Assembly (NCBI GenBank): GCA_030054115.1
Contig: JASGCL010000007.1
Span: 1 to 57,073 of the forward strand
DNA length: 57,073 nucleotides
DNA from: Hydrotalea sp.
Lineage (GTDB): Bacteria; Pseudomonadota; Alphaproteobacteria; JASGCL01
Reading direction: 5' to 3'
A program made the position numbers and the translations under genes. The notes beneath the pieces were generated by a model. It saw only the letters and a list, made by a program, of their open reading frames with translations, did no database searches and was not told where the DNA came from. Position 1 is the stretch's first letter; the number at the start of each line of letters is the position of its first letter. Positions 27,327-37,208 of this stretch are shown here, piece after piece.

Positions 27327-28664
27327 ATGACCAACCCCATGAAAATTTTACTTATTGGTTCTGGCGCGCGCGAACATGCCATGGCGCGCGTCATCGCCCT
27401 ATCCCCCCTATGCGACGAATTATGGGTCGCGCCCGGCAACCCCGGCATCGCCACCCTGAACCGCGACCACTCGGGTGCGGCACCAACCAACATCATCGCC
27501 ATTTCCGCCAACGACATTGCCGATTTGGTGGCCTTCGCGGTCGAGACAAAAATATCATTCGTTGTTTGCGGACCGGAGGATCCCCTGACCCTGGGCCTAT
27601 ACGATGCCATGACGGCGGCGGGCATTGCCTGCCTGGGCCCCAGCCGTGCCGCCGCGGCGTTGGAGGGGTCAAAAATCATGATGAAGGATCTGGCGCAACG
27701 CAACAACATACCCACCGCGCGTTACGAACATTTTACCGATGCCACCGCCGCCAACCAATTTGCAAAAAAATTATGGGATGAAACACACAAACCCATCGTG
27801 ATAAAAACCGACGGCCTGGCCGCCGGCAAGGGGGTGGTGATTGCCGAAACGCTCGCCGCCGCCGCCGCCACCATCGACGCCATATTGGTGCAAAAAAAAT
27901 TCGGGCCTGCGGGGGATGAAATTATCATCGAGGAATTTTTGACCGGCCAAGAATTATCCTATTTCGTCTTGAGCGACGGCACCAACGGCGTTTTCATGGG
28001 AACGGCCGAAGACCACAAACAGGCGTTCGATAATGACCAAGGGCCCAACACCGGCGGGATGGGCGCCTTCACCCCCAGCCCAATATTGAACGCCGCGTTG
28101 CAAGCGCAAATCGAACGCGACATTGTTGCCCCGACCATCGCCGGCATGAATTCCATCGGCGCGCCATATGTTGGGGTGTTGTTTTTCGGCCTGATGGTCG
28201 AGAACAACCACGCCACGTTGTTGGAAATAAACATCCGATTGGGCGACCCGGAGGCCGCCGTGGTGTTAGAAACCATGCAAACCGATTTGTTGATAGCAAT
28301 GATGTCGGCGCAGAAGCACGCGCTGGAGGATTTTTCCATCAAACATTGGCACAACCAACAGGGCCAACCGCAAACCGCCCTGGCGGTGGTGATGGCGGCC
28401 GAGGGTTACCCCGAGCAACCACAGAAAGGCCAAGAAATTACCTTGCCGACGTCATTACCCGATGGTTGTCGCCTACTCCACGCCGGCACCGCCCTTAACA
28501 GCGATGGAAAATTAATCGCGAGCGGCGGCCGCGTCTTGACGTTGGTTGCGACCGCCGATGATATACCGGCGGCGCGGGCAAAAATTTACGGCGCAATAAA
28601 AACCATAAACTTTCCCCGCAGTTTTTATCGGTCTGATATTGGCGCAAGAAAAAAACAAAAATAA
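27327..28664 (+). CDS. purD: phosphoribosylamine--glycine ligase
   Basis: ILLIGSGAREHAMA is followed by an ATP-grasp core (VIKTDGLAAGKGV, EEFLTGQELS, NIRLGDPE). Confidence 0.92.
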   Translation: MTNPMKILLIGSGAREHAMARVIALSPLCDELWVAPGNPGIATLNRDHSGAAPTNIIAISANDIADLVAFAVETKISFVVCGPEDPLTLGLYDAMTAAGIACLGPSRAAAALEGSKIMMKDLAQRNNIPTARYEHFTDATAANQFAKKLWDETHKPIVIKTDGLAAGKGVVIAETLAAAAATIDAILVQKKFGPAGDEIIIEEFLTGQELSYFVLSDGTNGVFMGTAEDHKQAFDNDQGPNTGGMGAFTPSPILNAALQAQIERDIVAPTIAGMNSIGAPYVGVLFFGLMVENNHATLLEINIRLGDPEAAVVLETMQTDLLIAMMSAQKHALEDFSIKHWHNQQGQPQTALAVVMAAEGYPEQPQKGQEITLPTSLPDGCRLLHAGTALNSDGKLIASGGRVLTLVATADDIPAARAKIYGAIKTINFPRSFYRSDIGARKKQK

Positions 28665-28689
28665 TTCACCCGTATTTGACCCTATCACC

Positions 28690-29247
28690 ATGGCGACCAT
28701 CCCCCTTAGTTTTTATCTTTTTCAACCGGCGGCGCGCGACCATGGTTTGGCGGCGATGTTGCAAAAACACCTGGCGCGCGACAAACGCGCCATGGTGATG
28801 GTTGACGACGCGCCATCAGCAAAAAAAATCGATGATATTTTATGGGACTATAGCCAGGACGAATTCTTGCCGCATGATATTATTCATCATGACGAAACCG
28901 ACCGCACGCAACCGGTTTTGATTATGCCGCTTGATAGCATCGCTAGCAACGGCGAAGAAAAAGTCGGCTTCAAAAATCACAACCAAGCCTCGGCGATTTT
29001 TTTTATGCCAAACCAATCCGGCGACATCACCACTATTTTAAAAACCGAGCCCCAGCTCAACCATGGTATCGAACAATGGCTGTTTTTATTTTCGCAACAT
29101 GACAATCACCACGAATCAATCATGGCAAAAATTTTTGCCATGGTTAGCAATGATGCCAAAAACTTTACCCTGACCCAATGGCAACAAACGGCAAAGGGCG
29201 GCTGGCAAGCTCAAAGTCAAAACCAAGCCCAGACTAGCGGGCAATAA
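28690..29247 (+). CDS. holC: DNA polymerase III chi subunit
   Basis: The N-terminus FYLFQ....LAAMLQKHLARDKRAMVMVDD...KIDDILWDYSQDEFLPH fits HolC. I set the start at ATG 28690. A Gln-rich C-terminal extension is present. Confidence 0.7.
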   Translation: MATIPLSFYLFQPAARDHGLAAMLQKHLARDKRAMVMVDDAPSAKKIDDILWDYSQDEFLPHDIIHHDETDRTQPVLIMPLDSIASNGEEKVGFKNHNQASAIFFMPNQSGDITTILKTEPQLNHGIEQWLFLFSQHDNHHESIMAKIFAMVSNDAKNFTLTQWQQTAKGGWQAQSQNQAQTSGQ

Positions 29248-29304
29248 TTTCGCGTAATAATTTTTTATGGGCTATCGCAGGCGGCTACCGCTTGCTTAAC
29301 CCCT

Positions 29305-30141
29305 CTACCCCTTGTTAAATTCCTTTAACAATTCGGCGGTTTTTTCCATGTCCTGGGCCATGCCGGTAATGTGGTAACCGGCGTCGACGTGAACCACCTC
29401 GCCACTGACGCCCGATGATAAATCGGACAATAGATAAAGGCCGGTGTTGCCGACATCGTCGATAGTTACATTGCGTTTCAGCGGGCTGTTGATTTCGTTC
29501 CATTTTAACATAAAACGAAAATCGCCAATCCCCGACGCGGCCAGGGTTTTTATCGGCCCGGCCGAAATGGCGTTAACGCGAATATTGCGCTTGCCCATAT
29601 CCATCGCCAAATATTTAACCGACGCCTCCAGCGCGGCCTTGGCCACACCCATCACATTGTAATGCGGCATGACGCGTTCGGCCCCGTAATAGGTCAAGGT
29701 AACCAATGACCCACCGTTCGGCATGATTTTATCAGCCCGTTGCGCCAGGGCGGTGAATGAATAGCAAGAAATATCCAAACTGCTGAGGAAGTTTTTGCGG
29801 CTGGTGGCGAGGTATTCGCCGGTCAATTCGTTTTTGTCGGAAAAGGCAATGGCATGCACCAAAAAATCTATCGTGCCAAATTTTTCTTTCACTTTGGTAA
29901 ACAGCTTGTCGATATCGGCGTCGTTGGTGACATCACATGGTTCCAAAAATGTCGAACCAATCGATTCGGCCAGCGGGCGAACGCGTTTTTCCAACACCTC
30001 CCCCTGGTAGGTGAAGCCCAAGGTCGCCCCCGCATTGTGCAACGCGCTGGCAATGCCCCAAGCGATCGATTTATCGTTGGCGACGCCAAGGATTAAGCCT
30101 TTTTTACCGGCCATTAATCCGGCGGTGTTTTTGTCTGTCAT
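29305..30141 (-). CDS. fabI: enoyl-[acyl-carrier-protein] reductase (NADH)
   Basis: [20 protein letters not shown] and the [12 protein letters not shown] (Y-x6-K) motif are present. Confidence 0.92.
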   Translation of the reverse strand: MTDKNTAGLMAGKKGLILGVANDKSIAWGIASALHNAGATLGFTYQGEVLEKRVRPLAESIGSTFLEPCDVTNDADIDKLFTKVKEKFGTIDFLVHAIAFSDKNELTGEYLATSRKNFLSSLDISCYSFTALAQRADKIMPNGGSLVTLTYYGAERVMPHYNVMGVAKAALEASVKYLAMDMGKRNIRVNAISAGPIKTLAASGIGDFRFMLKWNEINSPLKRNVTIDDVGNTGLYLLSDLSSGVSGEVVHVDAGYHITGMAQDMEKTAELLKEFNKG

Positions 30142-30246
30142 GTGATACTCCCAATAAAGAAATTTATAATATAGTTTTTTTTAGTATAAAGTAGTTATAG
30201 AGGTAAAAAAATTGTTTTTCAAGCCGCGATTGGCTATGGTAATTAT

Positions 30247-30900
30247 ATGAATAACGGCCCGCAAACTATAAACGCGCAACCCCTTGCATCCCAGCCGATT
30301 ATATCATTGGGTGACAAAAACCCGTTTGATATTTTTGCCGCCTGGTTCGCCGTCGCCAAAACAACCGAACCCAACGACCCGAATGCCATGGCCCTAAGCA
30401 CCGTTGACCGCGCCGGTCGCATCAGCAGTCGCATGGTGTTGCTGAAAGATTTTTCAAAAGAAGGTTTTGTCTTTTACACCAACAGCCAGAGCGATAAGGG
30501 CAATGCCCTGCGCGATAACCCGCGCGCCGCCCTGCTGTTCCATTGGAAATCCTTGCGCCAACAGATAAGGATAGAAGGCCATATCACCATGGTCAGCACC
30601 CAAGAAGCCGATGATTATTTTCATTCGCGACCGGTTGATAGCCAAATTGGTGCCTGGGCGTCGGCGCAATCACGGCCGATGGCGACGCCCGATGATTTAA
30701 AAAACAACCTTGCCAAATACAAAAAACAATTTGCCGATTTGCTGGGCGGCGGCAAAATCCCCCGCCCTGATTATTGGCTGGGTTATAGCCTGACCCCCGA
30801 ACGATTTGAATTTTGGCAAGACCAGCCCAATCGCCTGCATGACCGATTGGTTTTTATAAAACAGGGCGATGGTTTCCGCAGTGAGATTTTGTTTCCGTAA
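30247..30900 (+). CDS. pdxH: pyridoxamine 5'-phosphate oxidase
   Basis: RMVLLKDFSKEGFVFYTNSQSDKG, QIRIEG and RFEFWQDQPNRLHDR are present. Confidence 0.9.
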   Translation: MNNGPQTINAQPLASQPIISLGDKNPFDIFAAWFAVAKTTEPNDPNAMALSTVDRAGRISSRMVLLKDFSKEGFVFYTNSQSDKGNALRDNPRAALLFHWKSLRQQIRIEGHITMVSTQEADDYFHSRPVDSQIGAWASAQSRPMATPDDLKNNLAKYKKQFADLLGGGKIPRPDYWLGYSLTPERFEFWQDQPNRLHDRLVFIKQGDGFRSEILFP

Positions 30901-30913
30901 AAATAACATAAAA

Positions 30914-31483
30914 TTAATTATGTTTTCCCTTTTCGCCAGCAAGGGCGGAACGGGCAATCAAGGCGATAGCAATCGCCGATACCAACAACACGATGTGAAT
31001 GATAATTTGCCATATCAATAATCGGTCATCGATTTCATCGACGTTGATAAAACTGGTCAATAAATGAACCGCGGTAATGCTGACAATTGCCGTTGCCAAT
31101 TTGGTTTTTAACACCCATGCGCTAACATGCGACAACCAATCGGGTTGGTCTTTTTCATTTTCCAAATCCAACCGCGAAACAAATGTATCCCACCCGCCGA
31201 TAATAACAATAACCAGCAAATTCGATATCAGCACCGCATCGACCATGTTTAAAATAATCAACATTATCCCAAGCTCGCTCGAGTCACTGTTAAACCCGAC
31301 TTGGAACAAATGCCATAACTCTTTCAAAAAATGAAGCGCATAGAAAAACAACGCGGCGACCAACCCCATATAAATTGGCATTTGAAACCATCGACTAAAA
31401 AATATCAAATATTCCATTTTTTTTTCGATATTGCGCCATGGCTGTGGCCGCCGGGTTTTTGTTGGTTTGCTTGCTTTTTTCAT
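30914..31483 (-). CDS. YqhA family (UPF0114) membrane protein
   Basis: It aligns by eye with E. coli YqhA (SRW...PIYMGL, NMVDAVLISNLLVIVIIGGWDTFVSRLD, KLATAIVSITAVHLL). Confidence 0.75.
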   Translation of the reverse strand: MKKASKPTKTRRPQPWRNIEKKMEYLIFFSRWFQMPIYMGLVAALFFYALHFLKELWHLFQVGFNSDSSELGIMLIILNMVDAVLISNLLVIVIIGGWDTFVSRLDLENEKDQPDWLSHVSAWVLKTKLATAIVSITAVHLLTSFINVDEIDDRLLIWQIIIHIVLLVSAIAIALIARSALAGEKGKHN

Positions 31484-31597
31484 GTTAAAACCTCCTTATA
31501 ATATGATGGTGTGAAAGGATGCAGTTTATCAAAAAAAACATTGCGCGTCCAGTAAAACGCGCCTATAAAAAATAACAAGTTAGTGCCTTAAAAAAAT

Positions 31598-33358
31598 ATG
31601 AAGAGCCCTCTTAAAAAAGATATCATCCTTTTAAAAAAACTTTGGCGCGGTTATCTTTTTCATTATCGCTGGCATTACCCGTTGATTATCTTGCTGATGG
31701 TCATCACCGCCCTGTCGACCGCCGCCATCGCCAAATTGGTTGAACCGGCGATTGATAAGGGGCTGACGATGGCCGAACAACATGACCTGACTTATCTTTT
31801 CTGGTTGGGTGGCGGATTTTTTCTCACCTCGACATTGCGTGGCTTCGCCCTGCTGGGGCAAACGGTCTTGTTGCAACGTATCAGCACCAATGTCATCGAA
31901 TCGCTCCGCCGCGAAATTTTTTCTGCCCTGCAAACGCGCCCGCTCGAGCTCCTAACCAGCGAGGGCACATCGAAAGAAATATCGCGCTTCACCAACGATG
32001 TTAATATCGTCATCGGCAACCTGGGCAACCTGTTGGTCAATGTGGGCAAAGACTTCCCGACCTTTGTTTTTCTGATTGGTTTGCTTTTCACCTACAATTG
32101 GTTGATGACCCTGGCGATTGTCATTTTGTTTCCCTTGTTCGCCCTACCGGTCAGAATCCTCGGCCGGCGGATTCGCGAATTATCGCACCGCCAACAATTG
32201 CAATCGGGCGAAATGGTCGCCGTGTTGGACGATAGTTTAAAGGGCGCAAAACACGTGCGCGCCTACGGGTTGGAGGAATGGCAAAGGGCGCGCGTCAATC
32301 AATCCTTCGCCGACAACAGCCGCACCGCAAAAAAATCCAACCTGATGAAGGCCTGGTCGAATCCGTCGATGAATATCATCTTGGGCATTATTTATTTTAT
32401 GACACTGGCGATGGCGGGCTACAGCATCTCTCGCGGCTTGATGACCCAAGGGCAATTTACCGGCTACCTCTTCACCCTCATGCTGGCCTTCGCGCCGATT
32501 CGCGCCCTGGCCGGCGTTACCGCCAATATCAACGACGCCGCACCGGCGTTGGAGCGGATTTTTGAACTGGTGCAGGAAGAGGCCAAACGCCCCAAAGTAA
32601 CCGCCGGCAAAGAATTGGTCATCAACAATGGCACCATCGTTTTCGACAAAATAAGTTTTGCCTACCCCGATGGGCGCGAAATTTTTAAAAATTTTTCCTT
32701 GACCGTGCCGGGCGGCAAAACCGTTGCCCTGGTTGGCGCGTCGGGCGCGGGTAAATCAACCCTGATGAATCTTATCCCGCGGCTTTACCAATTAAGCGGT
32801 GGCAGGATTTTAATCGATGGCCAAGATATAAAAAATTGTTCGCTCGAATCGTTGCGCAAAAAAATCGCGCTGGTCAGCCAAGAACAAGGCCTGTTCGATG
32901 TCAGCATCCACGATAATATCTGGGTGGGTGATTTATCAGCCGATGAAGCCGCAATAAAAAAAGCCGCCACCCGGGCCGAGGCTGTCAATTTTATCAACCA
33001 CCTGCCCCACGGGTTTCGCACCCGCGCCGGTGAATTGGGCAACGCCCTGTCGGGTGGGCAAAAACAACGGGTCTCGCTGGCGCGCGCTTTTTTACGCGAC
33101 GCGCCGATTATTTTGTTGGACGAGGTCACCTCCGCGCTCGACGCCAAAACCGAAAAATCGTTACAAAAAACGTGGGAAGAATTGTTGCGCAACCGCACCG
33201 CCCTTATCATTGCGCACCGCCTGGCCACGGTGAAAAAAGCCGACATCATCTTGGTGCTTGATAAGGGGCAAATCCACGAGCAAGGCACCCACGATGAATT
33301 GATGAAGCGCAACGGGCTTTACGCCGAATTGGCGCGCGAACAATTGGTTGGCGAATAA
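31598..33358 (+). CDS. msbA: lipid A export ABC transporter permease/ATP-binding protein, MsbA-like
   Basis: A six-TM exporter domain is fused to an NBD (GASGAGKST, LSGGQKQRVSLARA, ILLDEVTSALD). It lies upstream of waaA-lpxK. Confidence 0.8.
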   Translation: MKSPLKKDIILLKKLWRGYLFHYRWHYPLIILLMVITALSTAAIAKLVEPAIDKGLTMAEQHDLTYLFWLGGGFFLTSTLRGFALLGQTVLLQRISTNVIESLRREIFSALQTRPLELLTSEGTSKEISRFTNDVNIVIGNLGNLLVNVGKDFPTFVFLIGLLFTYNWLMTLAIVILFPLFALPVRILGRRIRELSHRQQLQSGEMVAVLDDSLKGAKHVRAYGLEEWQRARVNQSFADNSRTAKKSNLMKAWSNPSMNIILGIIYFMTLAMAGYSISRGLMTQGQFTGYLFTLMLAFAPIRALAGVTANINDAAPALERIFELVQEEAKRPKVTAGKELVINNGTIVFDKISFAYPDGREIFKNFSLTVPGGKTVALVGASGAGKSTLMNLIPRLYQLSGGRILIDGQDIKNCSLESLRKKIALVSQEQGLFDVSIHDNIWVGDLSADEAAIKKAATRAEAVNFINHLPHGFRTRAGELGNALSGGQKQRVSLARAFLRDAPIILLDEVTSALDAKTEKSLQKTWEELLRNRTALIIAHRLATVKKADIILVLDKGQIHEQGTHDELMKRNGLYAELAREQLVGE

Positions 33359-33383
33359 ATAAAAAAATAAGAGTGAGGCGTAA

Positions 33384-34709
33384 ATGAAAAAAAAATACCA
33401 GCCGTTATTATTGTTCTACTACAATCTATGTTTGGTGGTCGATGTTTTTTTATTGCTGGTGTGGTTGGTGGTTGGCCTGACGCGCTGGCTATTGCGCGCC
33501 GAGGGCACGGCAATGATAAAAGAACGTTTCGGTTTTTGGCCACACCATCGCACATTGTTGCGCGCCATTGGCACGCGTAAAATCATCTGGCTTCATGCCC
33601 CATCGTTGGGTGAAACCCGCTCGGTGTTGCCCATCATCAGCAACCTAGAAAAAAATCACGGCGATATTTTTTTTATCATCACCTGCCAATCGCCATCGGC
33701 GCGGCTCGCCCTGGCAAGTTTCTTGCGCGACGCCCTGCCAAAAAATAATTTTTATCTGACCTTAAGCCCGTTTGATAATTTGTGGTTATTAAAAAATAAA
33801 TGGCGTGGGTTACGACCAAGGTTTTTTTTCTTGGCCGAATCTGATTTCTTGCCGCGCCGCGCCCTGTGGTTGGCGGTCAACCGCGTGCCAGCTGTCTTGT
33901 TAAATGGCCGGATGAGTAAGAAAAGTTTTTTTTTCTTCAACTTCATCATGCGCTGGACATGGGGGCGGGTTATCTTTCGCAACCTCGACGCCATCTGGGC
34001 GCAATCATCGACCGCGCAAAATTATTTGTCGCGTCTGTCCGACAAAAATATTTTTTATCACGGCAATTTAAAATTATTTAAAACCGCCGACACCCCGAAA
34101 AAAAACTTGGTGGCATTTTATAAACAGGCGATTCCGGCCGACAAACAACCTTTGTTATTTTCCTGCCTGCACCCTGGGGAGGAAAAAATGCTACTCGACC
34201 TTTATAAAAAATTTCCAGAATTAAAAAAATATTTTTTTGCCATCATCGTGCCGCGCCACCCGACACGCGCCGTTTGGCAAAAATCTTTTCATTTGCGTGC
34301 CGCGGCGGTTGGGTTGACGTCGCGCGATTTTCTGCTCGTCTCCTCCTTTGGTCATTTGGCCAGTCTTTATCACCTCTGCCCCTTGGTGTTGCTCGGTGGT
34401 TCGTGGGCGCGGCGCGGCGGCCATAACCCGAAGGAAGCCCTTGACCAGGGTTGTTGCCTATTGCACGGCCCGCATGTCGGCAACGCGGTTGATATTTACA
34501 CCGATACCGACGGGCGACGCATTACCTTCATGGTCGACGGGCTTGACGCCATTTATAAAAAAATTATTTGGTTCAAAAAATTATCATCGGCCGAACAACA
34601 GCAATTTGTCAGCCGCACCAAAAAATGGCAGGGCAACCAGCGCGACAACATCGCCACCATCAACAATATTATTGCACCCATGGTAAGCCGCGCGCTGAGG
34701 GATGATTGA
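33384..34709 (+). CDS. waaA: 3-deoxy-D-manno-octulosonic acid transferase
   Basis: WLHAPSLGETRSVLPII is the KdtA N-terminal signature. It overlaps the lpxK start by 8 nt. Confidence 0.85.
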   Translation: MKKKYQPLLLFYYNLCLVVDVFLLLVWLVVGLTRWLLRAEGTAMIKERFGFWPHHRTLLRAIGTRKIIWLHAPSLGETRSVLPIISNLEKNHGDIFFIITCQSPSARLALASFLRDALPKNNFYLTLSPFDNLWLLKNKWRGLRPRFFFLAESDFLPRRALWLAVNRVPAVLLNGRMSKKSFFFFNFIMRWTWGRVIFRNLDAIWAQSSTAQNYLSRLSDKNIFYHGNLKLFKTADTPKKNLVAFYKQAIPADKQPLLFSCLHPGEEKMLLDLYKKFPELKKYFFAIIVPRHPTRAVWQKSFHLRAAAVGLTSRDFLLVSSFGHLASLYHLCPLVLLGGSWARRGGHNPKEALDQGCCLLHGPHVGNAVDIYTDTDGRRITFMVDGLDAIYKKIIWFKKLSSAEQQQFVSRTKKWQGNQRDNIATINNIIAPMVSRALRDD

Positions 34710-36168
34710 CATGTTGCTATGGTGGCATCACCCGAAAAACCTATCCGCCGGCCAAAAAATTTTATTCTGGTCGGTATTGCCACTGTGGTGTTTTTTGCTT
34801 TGGCCGCTCGCTGTTTTATGGCAAATCTTGCGGCTGTTGCGGAAAATTTTTCAGACAATAGTTTTTCGTCAACCGGTAACCGACCTGCCGATTTTGTTGG
34901 TCGGCAATATCGTGGTCGGTGGTGGTGGAAAAACGCCGGTGGTGGCGATGCTCCATCGCTATTTTCCACGGTCGGTCACATTGGTCAAAAATTATAAGGC
35001 CGCTTGGCGATGGCCGTCACCCGCCGTCTTAATCGAAAAAAATAAAAAACTTGCCGGCGCGATGGATGAGGCGCAACTCCACGCGCTTGGCAATAGGTTT
35101 ACAACGCCCAGCTCCGGCGCCAGCGACGTCGTGTTGTGCAAAAATCGTCGCGCCGGTTTGCGCTTGATTGAAAAACTGCGGCAACAAAAAAAATACGAAC
35201 TCATCATCGCCGACGATGGGTTCGAGGATTATAGCTTCCGCCCGACCATCACCCTCCTCACCTGCCAGGCTGATTTTGGCTTGGGCAACGGCCTGCCCCT
35301 GCCGCTCGGGCCGCTCCGCCAACTATTGCCCTTGGTTGTCAATCGCCGCACGCGCCGGCCAGACGCTTGGTTGTGGTTGCGTGATAAATTTACCGCCGCC
35401 AACAATTTGCCAACCTCTATTGCCAATATGTCAGCACCAATTTTTTTATTAAAAAAAAATTACCGCGCGCCGTTCAGTAAAGGGACGCGGCTTGTCCCCT
35501 TCGCCGGCATCGCCCGGCCCGGGGCATTTTTCAACGGCGTCAAAAAACTTGGCGGCAAGGTGGTGGCGAGCAAAAAATTTATCGACCACTACCAATTTTC
35601 TGACCGCGATATAAAAAACTTAGAAAATTTAGCAACAAAACATCACGCGCAATTGATTACCACGCAAAAAGATTTCGTGCGCCTATCGCCCGATGTTGCA
35701 AAAAATATATTGACCATGCCGCTCAGCATCGACGGCGACCCAACTTTAATTGATTTTATTAAAAGGAAGTTGTATAATAATAATATGAAAAAAATAGAAA
35801 AAGATTGGAAAAAAATCTTACCAGCGGATGTGTATCACATCACCCGCGAAAAAGGGACCGAGCGTGCCTTCACCGGCAAATATAATGACCACCATGAAAA
35901 GGGGGTCTATCATTGCCGTTGCTGTGGTGCCGAGCTTTTTTCGGCCAGCGACAAATTCGATTCCGGCACCGGTTGGCCCAGTTTTACCAAACCGGCGAAG
36001 GACAAAATGGTGGCCGAGGAAGCCGATAATGGATTTTTTATGAAACGCACCGAGGTTTTGTGCAACGCCTGCGACGCACACCTTGGCCATGTCTTCCCCG
36101 ACGGGCCGGAACCAACCGGTTTGCGTTACTGCATCAATTCGGCGTCGCTTGATTTTAAGAAAAAATAA
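34702..36168 (+). CDS. lpxK: tetraacyldisaccharide 4'-kinase LpxK fused in frame to methionine-R-sulfoxide reductase MsrB
   Basis: LpxK P-loop VGNIVVGGGGKTPVV is in the N-terminal ~360 aa. The C-terminal 127 aa (from ATG 35785) form a complete MsrB, with CRCC and CNAC zinc motifs, GTGWPSF and RYCINS. The track shows no stop codon between the two parts. Confidence 0.8.
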   Translation: MIDMLLWWHHPKNLSAGQKILFWSVLPLWCFLLWPLAVLWQILRLLRKIFQTIVFRQPVTDLPILLVGNIVVGGGGKTPVVAMLHRYFPRSVTLVKNYKAAWRWPSPAVLIEKNKKLAGAMDEAQLHALGNRFTTPSSGASDVVLCKNRRAGLRLIEKLRQQKKYELIIADDGFEDYSFRPTITLLTCQADFGLGNGLPLPLGPLRQLLPLVVNRRTRRPDAWLWLRDKFTAANNLPTSIANMSAPIFLLKKNYRAPFSKGTRLVPFAGIARPGAFFNGVKKLGGKVVASKKFIDHYQFSDRDIKNLENLATKHHAQLITTQKDFVRLSPDVAKNILTMPLSIDGDPTLIDFIKRKLYNNNMKKIEKDWKKILPADVYHITREKGTERAFTGKYNDHHEKGVYHCRCCGAELFSASDKFDSGTGWPSFTKPAKDKMVAEEADNGFFMKRTEVLCNACDAHLGHVFPDGPEPTGLRYCINSASLDFKKK

Positions 36169-36183
36169 TCCTTGCGGATTTTT

Positions 36184-37161
36184 TTATTTGGCGAGCGGGT
36201 GTTTTTCCAACACTAGTTTTTTCTTTTGCGCCAAATCCAAATGGGTGTAAATTTCGGTGGTGGCGATGTGGCTGTGGCCCAATAACAATTGCAACGACCG
36301 CACGTCGGTGCCGCCCGCCAACAGATGACAGGCGAAGGCATGGCGCAACACATGGGGGCTGATATTTTTTTCGTCGAGGTTTGCGGCGCGCGCCAAGTCT
36401 TTTAGCAGTTGCGAAAATCGTTGCCGCGTTACATGACCCGATTCGCTGACCGCGCCGCGCCCGCCGGACGATGGAAACAAAAATGCCGATTCTTTATTTT
36501 TATCGCCGCGCGGCAAAAAAAATTCGCGCACCGCGAGGTAATCATCAACCGCCGTCACCGCCGATGAATTGATGATAACGAATCGCTCCTTTGCCCCCTT
36601 GCCCATGACGCGGATAATTTTTTTTTCCAGGTCGATGGCGGCAACCGGCAATGCCAACATTTCCGAAACGCGCAGGCCGGCGGCGTAAAGCAATTCGACC
36701 ATCGCCTTTAACCGCGCCTGTTCTTTTTTTTCTAAATTATCTATCGTCGCCAATAATTTTGCCGCATCATCGACCGACATGGTTTTGGGCAGGGCGCGTG
36801 GAATTTTTGGATTTTCAATTTCGGCAAATGGATTATCGGCGATATATTTTTCGCGCCACAAAAAATTATAAAATTGTCGCAGTGCCGATAATTTTCGCGC
36901 CTGACTGCTCTTGCCGATATTTTCCGCCGACACCAAATGGAGCAAATAATCGCTGGCGTCGCGAACCCCTACCTTACCCGGGGTTATTTTTTTTCGCTGA
37001 AGGTAAAATAAAAATTGCAGAAGGTCATCGCGGTAGGCGGCAAGGCTCAAGGCCGCCAAGCCCCGTTCGGCCGAATAGGTTTCCAAAAAATACACCAACC
37101 ATTCTTTATCCAGCGGCGGCAGGTCGCTGGCAATAATTTTTTGATTAAGGGTTTGCGCCAT
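36184..37161 (-). CDS. xerD: site-specific tyrosine recombinase XerD
   Basis: Typical Xer layout, with the C-terminal HVLRHAFACHLLAGGTDVRSLQLLLGHSHIATTEIYTH. Confidence 0.8.
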   Translation of the reverse strand: MAQTLNQKIIASDLPPLDKEWLVYFLETYSAERGLAALSLAAYRDDLLQFLFYLQRKKITPGKVGVRDASDYLLHLVSAENIGKSSQARKLSALRQFYNFLWREKYIADNPFAEIENPKIPRALPKTMSVDDAAKLLATIDNLEKKEQARLKAMVELLYAAGLRVSEMLALPVAAIDLEKKIIRVMGKGAKERFVIINSSAVTAVDDYLAVREFFLPRGDKNKESAFLFPSSGGRGAVSESGHVTRQRFSQLLKDLARAANLDEKNISPHVLRHAFACHLLAGGTDVRSLQLLLGHSHIATTEIYTHLDLAQKKKLVLEKHPLAK

Positions 37162-37208
37162 GGTTTCCTATCATGCAAAAACCTTTCCAGCGGGGTGCGA
37201 TGTCATGG

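Noticed and set aside
27314-27715. 133-aa ORF on the minus strand
   Set aside because: It is antisense to the purD N-terminus, which is strongly conserved.
36184-37161. Tyrosine recombinase as a marker of an integrated mobile element
   Set aside because: The sequence and length fit chromosomal XerD. The flanks are core genes of normal composition, with no att-like repeats.
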